The notes beneath the pieces were generated by a model that made no database searches, was not told where the DNA came from, and saw only the letters and a list, made by a program, of their open reading frames with translations. Source: Camelus dromedarius (Eukaryota). Taken from it: a DNA stretch of 64,000 nucleotides. The stretch is taken from NCBI RefSeq assembly GCF_036321535.1, contig NC_087437.1:69442001-69506000 (forward strand), written 5' to 3'. Of this stretch, positions 24,815-38,968 are shown in pieces (position 1 is the first letter of the stretch; every line of letters begins with the position of its first letter). The translations under genes and the position numbers were made by a program.

Positions 24815-27126
24815 AATAATTAACAACTATGAAAGAGAGAGAAGTAGAGAAAAGGGAAGCAAACAGAATATACCAAAAGATGGTCTCTCTTGATTATTGT
24901 TGGGAAAAAATAGGGACAAAGCAGATGAAGTCTTATTTTGTTCTTGTAAGAACTTTATTATATGATGGTATTTCAGAGCTGGCTTTCAATATGGAAATGA
25001 GTTTGCCACTGTCTTGCTCCCTATAACAGAAACAATTCTCTGCTTTCAAGTGGAAAAGAGACACCAGCGGCTGGGACACAGTACACAATGGGAGCACAGG
25101 AGGCTAAGCCAGAGGTCCCTAGGAAATAAATGACCCTGACTGCTTCAGGGAGGCATTCCTCTTTCTAATTCTCTCTCTTCAAAACTCAAAATCTCCACAT
25201 CCTTCAGACCCTGCTATCTGAATTGTCCTTTCAAAATTAGCAAAAGCCAGTCAGTTCTTTGACAAGCAAGATTATGTATGAAGTTTTCAAATGAAAACAA
25301 TAACCCTTTGCATGTGCAAAATGAATATTTTTGTGAAACGTCCAAGTATTTCTCACCCCAATTATATCTGTTTCTTTAAGTATATTAGGGATCATCTTCA
25401 TGTCTATGACGATCTGTAACTGCTATAAACAACTTCATTTCTTTAACTGACTCCTAACTCAACTCATTCTGTAGTTTTGAAGTTGAATGGAGAATATTGA
25501 CTCTCTTTATTTTTCCTCATATTTTTGCATTTTCATTTTGGGTTTCCAAATCTCTCTTGGCCAGAAACTTGTTCACAACTGTAATTTGCTTTTATAAATA
25601 TGGTTGGTGGTAAGTTGTCTCTAAAAAGTTTTCAAAGTTATTTACATTTAATTAGCTTAAAATGCTTAAATGTGAAGAATATATTTAGATTGAGTTTTCC
25701 CAAATGATTTAATCAAAACAAACTGTTCAAGATTTGAGACAAAACCTGGATCCTGGATAATTTCCTTAAGACTGGAATAGTTTTAAGGTAAGAGTATAAC
25801 ACTTTAGTGTAACTCTGGAGCAGCTCCAAAGGCCTCAGAAACCACATGTAATTTCCATGAGTGAGAAGCAATGATGTCTTTGGTTCTCTGGGATATGGAA
25901 GTGGTAGGTCTTCTCTTAACACTGCAGATATTTCAGTGGATAAAAATTTATAACCTTCGTGGACCTCTGTCCATTTAAGTTGCTTGGTTACTTCTCATTT
26001 TTGCCCCTCAGTGGACTATGCTGAGTGATTTCTAGATGAGAAATGTGTCTTCCACAAGACACATAAAAAGAATTTCATGTTGTTGCTTTTATGCCTACTG
26101 GTCTGACCACGTAGGGTGCTAAGGAAGTCTTTGCCCCAAATTTGCATTCTTATAGTTCCTGTGTTCATAGATATTTTTCTCCAAATCATACCTTAGTAGT
26201 AAGGAAGGCATGTGGCCCCTTGTTCCAGAGTTGTATCCCTGTATTTCCTTAGTGAATAGATCTTTTCTCCAAATTGTCTTACATTATCTGGAATATAATT
26301 TAAATCATCTCAAAATTTTATGGGACTATTGCATAGCATCACAAACAAGACACTTAACACATATTCCAAAGATGGATTGGGTAAAACTGACTAGTATCTA
26401 CTCTGCTAACAGAATCTTGGCACATGGAGTGATTTTTTCTTTTTTACATTTAAGGTTTAGCATATCAGACCTAGTATCCTGGGTACACTTAATCATTTAA
26501 ACTAAAGACCAAATCCAAGAGAATACTTTTGATTCACAAGGGTATTAATGAAGGAGATAAGGAGACAGCTTAGCAATTAAAGCAGAAGGGCTTTTGTTCT
26601 TCAAGTTCTATGGTAAATTAGTAATTGTCACTCATCTTCCAGCTTTCCTCCACATCATCTTTCCCATGTGATATAGCTTTGCCTGTTGTTGGAATGTCAT
26701 CAAAGTTGAAAAACCTGGACTTTCTTTGCTATTTCTTTCCATATGCATCGTCAGAAGTACAAGTTAAGTTTAGAACATATGCGGAGAATAAACTATATCT
26801 GGAAAAGAAGTGCTCCAGGACTAGAGGAGGTGTCCACTTTCTCAAAGCTCTGCTCACATCCAAGTGAGAAGGTAGCTCACTTTACCTTTGCTTGTATCTA
26901 TTTATAAATAGGCAAAGGAGACCTGATCATACACCATCCCTTTACTGCTGTTTTCCTAGTATTGATTTTCCATGTGAATTGCTTCTGTAATTTTGTGATA
27001 ATTTTTAAAACAGATGAGCTACTTCAGCTTCTCCTGTTCAGAAAGTAACTCAGGAAAAGCTAGTTTTTCCTCTGAGCCCCTGTAGTTTATGTTACTTCTT
27101 GTGTATCTTTCATCATTTCAGATTTA

Positions 27127-27327
27127 CAGTTGACTCCTGAGCAGAGTGGAGGTTAGGAGCACCATCCCTTCATGCAGTCGAAAATCCGTCTGTAATGTTA
27201 TAGTCAGCCCTCCATATCCGAGGTTCCACGTTCGTGGATTCAGTCAACTGTGGGCCATGGGATGCTATGTATTTATTGAAAAAAAAATTCAAGAATAACT
27301 AGACTGTGTTGTTCAAGGGTCAGCTTG
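27127..27327 (-). mobile_element. Tigger2-derived MITE (TcMar-Tigger)
   Basis: TA followed by 'cagttgactcctgagcag' at one end and 'tgttgttcaagggtcagcttg' at the other match Tigger2 terminal inverted repeats (CAGTTGACCCTTGAACAAC). Confidence 0.8.
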
Positions 27328-27569
27328 TTTAAAAATCTTTCAAACTCACTAGATGTAATCTAAGAGCAGAAAACATCTCCTCCGTGTCTCCCACGGCTGC
27401 GATAGCTCGGTGCTACCCAGTTATGTGTGATTCTATGAGTGAATGTAGGGGTGGGTGGATGGTGAGAATCTGTGAACTTCCTTTGGTTAAATTTGAGGTT
27501 GAGATTTACTGTCGTAAAATGACATGTTTTAAGAGTTTGTTAAGTTGTAGATATATTGTTTGTTCACTT

Positions 27570-27890
27570 GTCATGTATTCGCTCATGTATTCAATAGATG
27601 TTTACAGAGCACTCACACAACTTTCTAAATCATGGGAACATACAGAAGTGAATAAGCAGGACATGGAGATCAATTTCAGTGGAAATGACAGAAAAGTAAA
27701 AACATATGTAAAAATTACTAATGAAAGCTAATAAATACTGAAGTGTGGTAGTGTGATATAGTTCTTATATGGAAATATAAAAAGAGCATCTGTGGTTGTC
27801 TACTTCTTACCAACGGGTCAGGTGGCATTTGAACTAAGCTCTGAAAAACAAAAAAAGAGCCAGCTGTGCAAAGATCAGGAGAAGAGAGTT
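27570..27890 (-). mobile_element. L2 LINE 3' fragment
   Basis: 'attcaatagatgtttacagagcact...aagtgaataagcaggacatgg...ggtggcatttgaactaagctctgaa'. Confidence 0.65.
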
Positions 27891-27929
27891 CTTGAAAAAA
27901 TAAATTAAAACTATCTATTTACCCACCAT

Positions 27930-28200
27930 TTGGTAATTATCATGATTAACATTTTGATATATATCTTGTATTTGTGTGTGTGAGTTTCTGTGTTGGTGTG
28001 TGTATTATAAATGGATTTTTCTATACAGTATATTTGCTTTATTCATTCAGCAATGAATATTTTCCCAGTGTACTAAATGTATTTCTGTAATCTATATTTT
28101 AATGACAGCATAGAATTCCATTGAATTCAGGTCATATTATTTAACCAGCATCCCCTGTTATTTCTACATATCTAATGTTTTGGTACCTTAATTTTTATTT
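27930..28200 (-). mobile_element. Old L1 (L1ME-like) 3' UTR fragment
   Basis: 'ttttaatgacagcatagaattccattg...attatttaaccagcatcccctg'. Confidence 0.6.
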
Positions 28201-28229
28201 TTGCACAGTGAGGGCCTCAGAGAGAGAGT

Positions 28230-28440
28230 TTGGTAAAATAATGAACAGTGCAGGTTCTGGAGTCAGCCTGCCTGAGTTTTGACGTGACTCTAACATTTAT
28301 TAGCCATATGAACTTAGGCAAATGCTTAACCTGTCAGTTTTGTCCCCTCTAAAATAAGCATCATGATAGTACCTACCTCATAGGGTTGCTGGGGCAAGTT
28401 TCATTGAGATAATACTCGTATGCTGTGCCCCACCTGGCAT
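28230..28440 (+). mobile_element. MIR SINE
   Basis: 'ttctggagtcagcctgcctgagtt...ttaggcaaatgcttaacct...gatagtacctacctcatagggttgctg'. Confidence 0.85.
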
Positions 28441-29179
28441 CTCACTCTTGGTGAGCTACCATTTTTAGGTTCTAGGGAACTTGGTAGAGAATGAAATATT
28501 CTGTGCCACTCAAACATTACCAGTTGTTATTCTAATTGTGGGAGAAGTTTGTGATTCATTAAAAAAATAAGTTTAGATAAAGTCAAAATTGTGTGGATTA
28601 AACTGACTCACAGTAGAACAGATTTTCATGACCTTCAAGTTTGTGGTTGTATTTCCTGGGGAGGTTCCAAAAGTGGCAAACTGGTTGCTGGACCCAATAT
28701 TTGTACGTTAATAAAGTACTTAACTTTTACTCACTGAGGTCTCAATGCTAAGCAAGAATGCAATATTTCAGTTTTTAGCTTTAGGTCTTACAGGAAGCAA
28801 CTATTACTGGGTCTGCAGAAAGGCCAGGGAGTTCAAGGGAGTTCAAATAATAAGAAAAGTGCACACCAATGAAATGTGATTGGGATTAAAAAAAAAATTG
28901 AAGATGTTTTGATCTTTGCAACTCTTGGCCTTCACATTGCCCTTAGCCTGAGTGGTCTGAACCTGAGGTTCCCGTAATGGGCTTTGTGAATCTGTCATCC
29001 ACCTTATATTGTTGATTTTCTGTAATCAGAAGGTCACTTGATGAGCACAGAATTAAAATAAAGGGAATTCCCAAGAATATCTAAATGGCTCCCATACTCA
29101 AGTTAAAATGATAGCTTGATCTATCCATCAAATTTAGTTTGTTTTTTACTCAGGATCTAAGAAAATCTTAAAAATGTCT

Positions 29180-29317
29180 GTGATGTCCTTACAACTCCTG
29201 ATCTCAAATTAGCACTTTGCATGTGTGTACATTTGGAGTTTTTCTAAGTAAAGGTTCAACAGCCTTAGTCATATTTTCAAAGTTGTTGGGGAGCCAAAAC
29301 TGGTTAAGGCCCACTCA
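29180..29317. mobile_element. hAT-Charlie MITE remnant (MER103-like)
   Basis: 'aggttcaacagccttagtcatattttcaaag...aaaactggttaaggcccact'. Confidence 0.45.
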
Positions 29318-29639
29318 TGGAGGCTGTTGGACTGCCCCAGGAACTGCAGTCAGCCTCTGGTAAGCCTTGCTTTTCGGACTGCCCTTATACTGGGGTCCCA
29401 GAAGCTTGTGCCCCTGACTTCTACTGCAAATAAAGAGTTACTGGGTTCCTTGAACTTCATTCTCCCAGAGATGGGTTTCCACACATTTGTTGCTAGAACT
29501 CCCTAGTTATGCATATTTTCTTCCATTTCTTTTCTTTCTTTGTTTGCTTTCACTTCTTATGACAACAGTTCAGAGCCCACTTAGATTAAGATCTTGTATT
29601 TTTAGAGATCTTGGCAACAAGTCATATACATTTATTCAG

Positions 29640-29870
29640 GTATGATTTTATTTCTTACTCCATAAACCAGTCCAAACCCCCCATCATTTCCCCTGGCTAA
29701 GTTAATTTCTTCCTCATTTGTGCTACCAGTAAATTTTGTACTTCTGTTGTACACATCTTATTTGAAATTTCTTTGTCTCTCCATAAAACTGTGAGCTCCT
29801 TAAGAAAGTTTTTTGTTTGTTTTTATCTCTCCATCACCAGTAGCTAATTTTATGCCTGAACTAATGTATA
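29640..29870 (+). mobile_element. L2 LINE 3' end
   Basis: 'tgtctctccataaaactgtgagctcctt...ttatctctccatcaccag'. Confidence 0.6.
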
Positions 29871-31629
29871 GTATCTGGGTTGCCATATAAGACTACCACT
29901 CTCAGGGTGTCCTTGACAATATTGTATAGAATGTTATATAGCCTCCTCTTTGTGAAGGTAACCTAAAGAAATTGTCTTTTAGCCATAGTGACGTATATAA
30001 ATAATTGTGTATGTATCCATTTTTATTCTGACTGCCCAGGGACATGTTTATGATGCCCATGTCATTAATGTGCAGAAACCATGACATATATTTGGTGATT
30101 GAACCTCAACATTTGTTTTATTTTATCTTTCTTATCATCATTTTCTCTTTGCCTTGATTTCCTTGCCTCTCATAATAAATATTACTAGCATGCATAGTTA
30201 AGCCATCTTAAATCAGCTTAATATAAGGAAAGTATAAGGTATGATATAAAAATATATATGAAAACATACATATGTAGTTTTAATAATTTCTAGTCCCAGC
30301 CATTTCTGTACAGAGAGCAATCTTATGGGTATTTGATGTAACCTAGTTTGTACTGGATTAGGTTGACTTGAGCTCCTGGTCCTTTCTTTCCCCAGGACAA
30401 CTCAACTTGTTTCTGTCTAAGTCCTGATTTTGACAAAATTGTTACACAAATAGTACCTTTACAATAGAAATAAAATGTAAAATAGTATTTTCTAATGCCA
30501 GAATATATAATGCTATAAATCCATTACAAAACATTCTTGTGATACAAGTTCTGTGGTTCTTAGACCAGCAGAGAGACAGTCCATCCAGACTTACTAAATC
30601 TAGAATCTTCACTTTCAGAAATCCCCACAATATTTGTATGCACATAAAAATTTGAAAAGCATTGATCTGAATGATCTTATGGATGGAAAATTCCATTTTA
30701 AACACTTAAAATACAAACCTTATAACTGATATGGGGTGGAAGTTTAGTGCAATGTAAAAAATCAAAATTAACTTGGATTTAGATTTGTATTTGGGTCCTG
30801 AGCCTGCTTCCTATTTTCATTTATGAGACTCAATTAGGATTTACCTTCTACTCTTTATCAAGCATGTATGGGGTTGATGGGGCTACAAAGATGAAAAAGA
30901 CAGAGCCTCTGGTCTCAGGGAGCTAACTCTGTAACCCTGAGCAAAGCTGTGAAAAGATGGTGGATTGAACACACCTTCAATTTCACTCTCCCTCAAACTC
31001 TACTTATCCTACTGTAAAGTTTTTTTTTTTTCTGCCTAAAGACAAATATACAAGGGGAAATGGGGAGAACAAGACAAGTGAGCACAACAAAAGAAATTTT
31101 GGAAGCTATAAAGCAGATGGATGAGTGAAACTGATTTAGCAGACATGGAAACACTGAAGCCTAAACCAGTAACGAGGAAAGCTGAGAACCAATCCCATCC
31201 TTCCCACAAACTGTTCAGGAATTGGCAGCACCGTTTATCACTGAAAGTAGGGGAAAGATCAAGGCTGAGGTGGAGGAGCAACTAAAATAAGAAAAACTGT
31301 TTGAATGTTGTTTAAAAGTCAGTTAAATCCCTAGATCCCCTCCTCTCTCCATGCCCCTGGGTGACTCTCCTTGACTACACTAAGCAAAAGAATTTAGTTT
31401 ACTTCTCAGGAGAAATTAAAACAGGGTCTTTGTGCGAGGGTATAGCAAATACAGTTGAGGGTCAGGTGCATAACACTTGCATATTAAATAGCAAAACCCC
31501 AACCCTAGACCTGATTTTCCACTGAGACTCCAGTATATTCACAGTTAAATTTTATCCTCTGTTTAGAACACTGCACAGCTCTTTCCTGGGGACTGTAACT
31601 AACTCAAAAGGAAATATCTAAGAAAAACG

Positions 31630-32415
31630 GGGGAAGGGCTTCATATAATAAATATCTATGAGTCCACACTGATGTAAATAAGTGATTGAATAAATAAGCA
31701 TGTGTGAGAAGAGACAGATTTCCCATGCAGAAGTACTCTAAGTGATCTATGTAAATACTGCGCCGTCTGGGAGGCAGAGCATAACTCCCCACTCCTGAAG
31801 TGCCGGCTGCTCGCAGAGACTTCCTTCCAGTGAGAAGAGTATGGAAAGGAGAAGAAAAAGAGTAACTGTACAGTGGAGAAAGCTGACAGACACTACCTCT
31901 GCTTAGGTGATCTAGGTCAATGTCAACAGTGGCAATGTCATGTTGACAGTTTGTACCCTTCTTAATATACAGTAATAAAAATGGCACTTTCCTCCCCCAA
32001 ACCCGTAACTCCAGCCTACTTATGAGAAAAAAATCAGACAAATCCCATTAGTGGGGCATCCTACAAAATCCCTAATACTCCTCAAAAATATCAAAAATAT
32101 CAAAAACAAGGAAAGTCTGGGAAAATGTCACAGCCAAAAAGAGCTTAAAGAGACATGACAATTAATGTGATGCCCTGCATGTGATTTGGAAGAGAAAAAG
32201 GATATTAGGCAAAAAATGAAGAAAATATGAATAATGTATGAAGTTTAGCTAATAATAATGTGTCAATATTAGCCATAATTGTGACAAATGTATGATACTA
32301 AAGCGATATGTTAGTAATAGGGGGATATTGATGTAGAAGCTTTTGGGAATTCTATACTGACTTTGCAGTTTTTCTGTAAATATAAAAACTGCTCTAAAAA
32401 TGAGGCTTATTTTTA
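31630..32415 (+). mobile_element. L1MC/L1MD-like 3' UTR fragment
   Basis: 'atctatgagtccacactgatgtaaataagtgattgaataaataa', 'agtggagaaagctgacagacactacct', 'ttgcagtttttctgtaaatataaaaactgctctaaaa'. Confidence 0.85.
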
Positions 32416-32624
32416 AAATAATAACTAAATAAATAAATATCAGGAGGAAAAAAAAAAGACTTACCCTGAAGTAAATCTTCTAGTCAAGGAGTCCTACCTA
32501 CATACTCAGAATTTCCAATCACCATTTTTAAGTCATTACACAAGTTGCATTCATTTTAACTTACCAGTATCTTAGACATCACCTTGCCTTGTTAGTCCAT
32601 ATAAATCTAATGTTTTGATCATCC

Positions 32625-32945
32625 CTTGCTTTTAAAAAAATTATGCAAGTCTTAGTGGCTTAAAAGAACAAAAGCCTTAAAGTATCTCAAGATCCAGGAA
32701 CTTGGCCTGCACTGGACTAGGTGATTCTTTTGTTTCATGTGGCACCGACTAAGGTTGTGCCACGCAATTCAGGTCACAGTTGAGCTGGTCTGGAGGGGTG
32801 AGGTGGGCTCATTCACTTGCCTGGCACCTTGACAGGATGACTGGAAAGGTGGGCTCAGCTAGAATTCTTCACCAGATTTCCTATGCATGGACTCTCTAGC
32901 CTGCCAGCCTCATGGTAGTCAGACTTCTGACAAAGCGCCTAGAGA
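32625..32945 (-). mobile_element. MaLR LTR (MLT1H-like)
   Basis: 'cttagtggcttaaaagaac...ctcattcacttgcctggcacc...catggtagtcagacttct'. Confidence 0.75.
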
Positions 32946-35204
32946 TGGTCTTCCAAGAACTCATACATTGTATTCTTCATTTTAAATACAAACAGCAAAT
33001 GAAGATTACCAGATGCCTAAGGAATGCCTCTAACACTAAAGAGAGAAACCAAAAGAAACAAACAGATAAGGCAACTTGGAGGAGAGAGAATATGAACAGG
33101 AGAAAACTTATTAAATATTAATATTCTTAGACAAGAGAAGGTATTGCACCCATACGCAAGAGGTCTTGGAAATTTAAAACATGATGGTAGAAATGAAAAA
33201 CTCACTAGGTGTATTCACATTAAGAGCTGAGAAAATCTTCCAGGAAGTTTAGGCAAAAGACAAAAAGATGGAAAATAGAAGAGGGGGAAAGATTACATTA
33301 CAGACCAAGTCCAGGAGACCTACTATCCAAATAGTCATAACTACAGAAAATGAAAGTAGAGCAAAAAGAAAGAAATTATCAAAGAAAGAGTTCAATAAAA
33401 ATTTCCTGAGCTGAAGAATATGAGTTTCCAGACTGAAAGGGTTGAGAGCACAATGGAAGAAAGTAGACCAACCCCAAGGCACTTCACCATGAACTTTTAG
33501 AACATCAGGACAGAGAAGAACCAGTAAACATCCAAGTAGGAAAAAGAATGGAAAGGCAAGTCACATTCAAAGAATAAGATATCCAAGTGATTTGGGACTT
33601 CTCAGTCACAAAACCGGGATTTAGAATTCAGTGGGAAATACCTTCAAAATTCTGGAGAAAAATGATTTCTAATCTAGATCTCAACAAAGTTGAGTTTTTT
33701 TACACTTACATTTGGTCGATAGATATAAAATTCATAAAATAACTTACATGTCACATATCTTTATCATATAGTTACTGGAGAATGTTTTCTACCAAAATGA
33801 ATAAATAAACAGAAAAAGAAGATAAAGACTAGAGAAAATAGAGCCCAAACCCAGGACAGAGGCAGAGAAGTAACAGGATGCAAGCCAAATTGTTTTCACT
33901 GTATCAGTTTATAAAATCTGGATTAGACCAAAGTTTCCATTTAAAGTGTTTCCAGAAATCTTCAAAACCTGCAAACAATTGTAAAGAGATGGATAATAAG
34001 CAAAACAATTCCTTCCACTTCATAAAGTACTGTTGAAAAGCCTCTACATTTGCAAGTTATTCTAGATACTAAACGTGGTGATTCTTAACTGTTAACCCAG
34101 TGGCATAAAATAAAAAGAAAACATCATAAAATGTTGGGACTCTGCACCCCACTGACATAATAACTAAACTGAACAGACAAAGAATGGCAAATTCCTAACT
34201 TTATGACCCACGTGGAGGAAAGACCCAAAGTGAAGGCGGACTGCTGGAGTCTGCAATCTACCTGAGGGGTTCGCTTTTAGTATTTTCATTGTGTGACTTA
34301 TTTGGTAGGTATCATAAGGTTATAAATGTTGAGAGTATTGCTGTTAGTGTTTTATAAAAACAGAGTTATTTCCCTTAAATATATGAATGTAAAAGTGGTA
34401 CTACTGCTTTCTTAAGTGTCTGATTTTATTACATCTCAGGATTTTATGATACCCAGGGATCTCTGATTTTCTAATAGCAGTCCCTTAGGCACTAGAAAAC
34501 AATGCATTTCTGGAATGCATGTATTTTGTGAAATAAGGGATAGTATAATGAACAGGCTCATACCCAAATAAGAATAAAAATTCCCCTCTCTATCTTCTTC
34601 CTGCCATCCCAGGCAGTGTCCAGGATTGCTCTGGGCACTGCTCCCAAAGGGTAACCCAGCACGGAGAACTGTATGACGTGTGTGAAAGACAAAAGACACC
34701 AGACAATTAAAAGAGAATAAGAAGAGGTAAGGGAGCTGGGGTTTTGTGGGGGCAGGGACTCATCAGAGACTTATGGAAGCCATGAGGAAGGATGGGGATG
34801 AGCCTTACCTCAGACTGTGTGAGGGCACCCTTACCCTCAGGGTCCTTTGTGGTTAGCCATTACCTGGAACCCAAAGATGGGGGAGTGGATTTCTTAATCA
34901 TTCTTGCTTTCTGGGAACACAGGGCTTAGATAAAGGTCAACATTTTTAATGTAATCTTCTACTGTTTTCTTTCTTCCAATTTAAAATGTCAGCTCACTAC
35001 ATTGTACCTCAGTCGGCATTCTCCACGAGTGGATGTTCCTGGGGCTCTCCTCATTGCCCCTTGAATCTTGCAATTGTTGACCCGCTTGATTCAAAAATAA
35101 AGCCTCACATCCCATCCTTCTTCATTCCATTTTTGTGACTAGTAAATATAATAATAGCAATAGATATAATAAAAAGTGACAACATTGACAATAATAATAT
35201 AACA

Positions 35205-35370
35205 ATTATTCAATCATTTTATTGATTGAAAATCTTTACATGTCATGACCTCTTAAGCCCCCAAAACAATCTTATGGGGATAATGAGACTCAGAGAGTTG
35301 AAATAATTTGCCAAAATTATTCTAGCTGATGTGTTGTAGAGCTGAGATTTGAACTTCCTTAGTCTATGCT
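35205..35370 (-). mobile_element. MIR SINE
   Basis: 'tgagactcagagagttgaaataatttgccaaaatt...gagctgagatttgaac'. Confidence 0.65.
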
Positions 35371-38300
35371 GGCCAATTACACTAAACTGACTTTGGAACC
35401 TCACGCCACACAGCAGCAAACACACCTTAGGGACAAGTCCAGCATTAGTTAGGGACAGCCTAGGAATCACTTACAAATCCTGAGAGTGACAGTGAGGGAC
35501 AATCATTGCTGGCTTAGGGAAACAACTCCTCTACCTAAATTTAATTTTACTGAGCACAGTGAGTTAACATCCCCATCCAGCTTCATACATGGTGTAACGA
35601 ACAGGCATTAATGTGGGTTGTTCCAGAATTTCTATTTTATGGAACACCTTCAAGAGCTACTTGGTATGTAGGTAAGAGGGAAATCATATTATCCAATGAT
35701 TAACAGGCACTACTTGTCTAATACAATTATTTTTAAAAGCAGAGTTCAAAAGTATATATATTTATATATGTATAAATACATACAATGTATGCTCAGTGTG
35801 ATTCCAATTAAACAGAAGTGTGAGTATGACTTTAAAATAAATCACCAGAGATAAGCATTGTTAATATTCTGATTGCTTATATTTTATCTATACTCTACTG
35901 GCTTTTTTCTGAATTTTTGATGCTGAACAAGTATTTTATAATCACAAAACATACATTGGAAACAGTTCTAAATTTCTAGACTTCTCTACCCAACATCATT
36001 TACTGATCTTTCAAGTTTGCTGTTTTATAGGGAGGAGTGGTGGAGGGTGGGACTGGAGATGAAGAGAGAACATGACTTAACATTTCTGAATACAAATATT
36101 TTTAATTTCTTTAGACTGATGTGACATAGGATCAGTTGACTAATTCTCTTATAGTTTTTCTTCACCATCTCTCTCTCTCTCTCTCTGTTCCTTATACTGT
36201 ATCACACTGAGTTTTTGTGTGCACATTTATCTCTGCCTCATGCACACTCTGTCATGTTTTACTTGTTATGTGTTACATAGTTCTAACCTGAATACACTAA
36301 AAAAAAAAAAAAAAGCATCTGAACACTGGAATTCCGGAAGTTTGAACTCATTAGTTGCTAGGAAACATTTCAGAATCCTCTCTCAGAACCACAGATTTGT
36401 CAGGAGGTATCTATAACACTGACACTCAAACTGAAAATACCAAAAGCTAAAGTCATGGCAGCCATTTAGATGATGATTGATTAAAATGTAAAAAAGAACA
36501 TTTCCCTTGAATCAATTATTCGTAAATACAACAGACTGTAAATTTTTGTTATCAAAATGGCCTTGTGTGGAGTGGAAGAGAAATACAGATATAGACGGTG
36601 TGGATATTGTGGAGTGGGTTAGTTCAAGGGTTTGAAAGATTTTCTGGAGAGACAGAATAGGTCACTCCTCTGATGGTTCTTCTCTCAAACCAAACTGTCT
36701 CCTGCCTTCCTTCTCTAATTATTAACAATTCCCAGAAGTTCCCAAACCTGCCTTCCACTTTTCACCAGATCCAGCCTTTCTCATTGCATACTTCCTAGGC
36801 TGATTCCAAGGTTTCTAAAAGCCTTAAGATATTATGAACTATGGATCAAAAGATTCACCTATTAACATACTAAAAGGTTGAGTAGGGGTTATAACATTTG
36901 ATTATAAAATGAATGATTGATTCCCAGATTGTGAGTCATTCTAATTCCTAGATCTTTTATTGATTTTCTTATTACAGCCATTTGGATGCTTACTGCCCAT
37001 CCCATGCCCCTCCTTTGAGTTCTAAGGAAAGGATGTACTAGCAGTTTTAGACGTGTGGTCAGGCTGAATTCTGTTCTTCTCTTTCCTCCTGCCCTCCCTC
37101 ATACATTCGGGTCCTTGTTAAGGTGCACATATTTGCATACTCTCTATCACTAAAAGAGTGGTTGGCTTTGATCGGTTGTGGTTCCAAGGTCCACATTTCT
37201 GCAGGGTATCTGTTTTCCGATCTTGAATTCTCTTGTTAAAAGCATTCGTAGACCCAGTTTCTCTGTCCTAACTATTCAGCAATCCATGTTGGAATGAAAC
37301 TTTCTGTTTTGTTATCCAGCGAGGGAAGTCTTACTCCTGTAAGAAAGCAGGCCTCATCATGAGCACATGGCTTCTGTCCAGGTGAATCCTACTGAGTAAT
37401 TACCTTTCACAGACTGGAGGAGAAGCTGTCTTACATTATCTAAACCCCCTATTCATCTCCCTATCTTTGCCTCTGAAAGTCCAATGCTAGTTAGCAGAAG
37501 TAGAGTAGCTTTCACATGCTGCTGACTTTTGCTAGAGTCCCCTTGATTTTGCAGCAACATTCATTACAGGGAGCACCTCAACCTCACTGAGAACACATTT
37601 TAAAACAGCCAGCCAATATATCTCTTTCATTAGAAAAGTCTTATCAAGAGAGTAGAGAAAAGGGAGTGAATGTCATTACCCAAAATAACTGAAAAATTAG
37701 CAGAATTAATGAAACAGAAGGGAAACAGTCTTGCAAATCTGTGCAAATAACATACAAAACAAATTTTTCATATCCTTTGGCAAAAAAAAAAAAAAGAGGG
37801 TGAAAGTGAGGGGAGACGGAAGGAAAAGAAGAAGAACTAACTACTAGGAAGACTGGAAGCTGTATCCCTTGATGAGAATCTACTTTTCTACCTAGGGTAT
37901 TACAGCTACAGCTTCAAAGTAGGGACATTTTGAAATCAACATTTTATTAAGTGATTCTAAGTAAACGTTGAACACTAATGGCATCGATGAAAATGAAGAA
38001 TTAACTCCTGTCTCAGTGCAAATTTATGAATCCAGAAGTATCAAGATTTACCTCCTGTTAGGCACCCATCAAAGAGAATAAAACTTTTTATTGATCAAAG
38101 GAAGATATTTACAGCCTGTGCTACCATTTCTCAACGGCAGTGCCTGCCTGGCTGTACAGCAGTCCACAGCCAGCTGCCCTACAGTCACCTCCCAAACTGT
38201 TTCTATTGGGAGAAAGGGATGTGTGTGGCAGTTAGTAGACTGCATGAGAAGCAGGGAGGTCTTTGTGGCAGTCAGTCCTCTCACATCATGCTTCTACTGT

Positions 38301-38685
38301 GGCTGGGACAGAGTCTCAAAGGATTGGCTGGTGACACTTGTTCTTTTACCCTGTATGGTGTATCACGAGCTGTGGCCAAAAAAAAGTTTTCCCAATTAAG
38401 TTGGAAAATATCTCTTCCTTCGTGAAGAGCCCTATAAAGCCTTTCAACCTGCTAACTATCCCACCCCCAGTCAAACTTTCAGAAATCTTTTAGAGAAGAA
38501 GTGGCTTTTCTAGGTTTATGCCTGCTAGTGTTCAAGCACATTTCCTGCCCTCTTTCTAACACTGGAATCTGCTCTGAGAGCACCTGGCCACCCAGGGAAC
38601 AGCTCTCCTATAGCTAAGTTCCTTCTAGGGCTGTAAGTAATATTCTATGAGCATGGCAAGTACAACTGTGTTTGATAAGTCAAGA

Positions 38686-38968
38686 ATGGTTACCAAAGGG
38701 GAAAGTGGTGGGGGCAGGGGAGGGATAAATTAGAAGTTTGGGATTAGCATACACTACTATATATAAAATAGATAAACAACAAGGACCTACTATATAGCAT
38801 AGGGAACTATATTAAAAATCTTGTAATAAACTATAATGGAAAAGAAACTGGAAAAGAATATATATATATTCTTATATATATATAACTGAATCACTTTGCT
38901 ATACACCTGAAACTAACACAACATTGTAAGTTAGCTACACTTCAATTAAAAAAAATGGTTATAAAAAA
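38686..38968 (+). mobile_element. L1 3' end (cetartiodactyl type)
   Basis: 'atggttaccaaaggggaaag...agggataaattagaagtttgggattagc...aacaaggacctactatatagcatagggaac'; flanked by AAGAATG at 38682-38688 and 38969-38975. Confidence 0.92.

Larger units (their letters stand above)
30950..33880 (+). mobile_element. HAL1 / old L1 5' UTR plus ORF1 remnant, interrupted by later insertions
   Basis: 5' 'aagatggtggattgaacacac'; ORF1-like 32990-33880 'aaattatcaaagaaag...aatttcctgagctgaagaatatgagtttccagactgaaaggg...agaccaaccccaaggcac'. Confidence 0.7.

Noticed and set aside
31604..32041. 145-aa minus-strand ORF
   Set aside because: Antisense reading of an L1 3' UTR fragment
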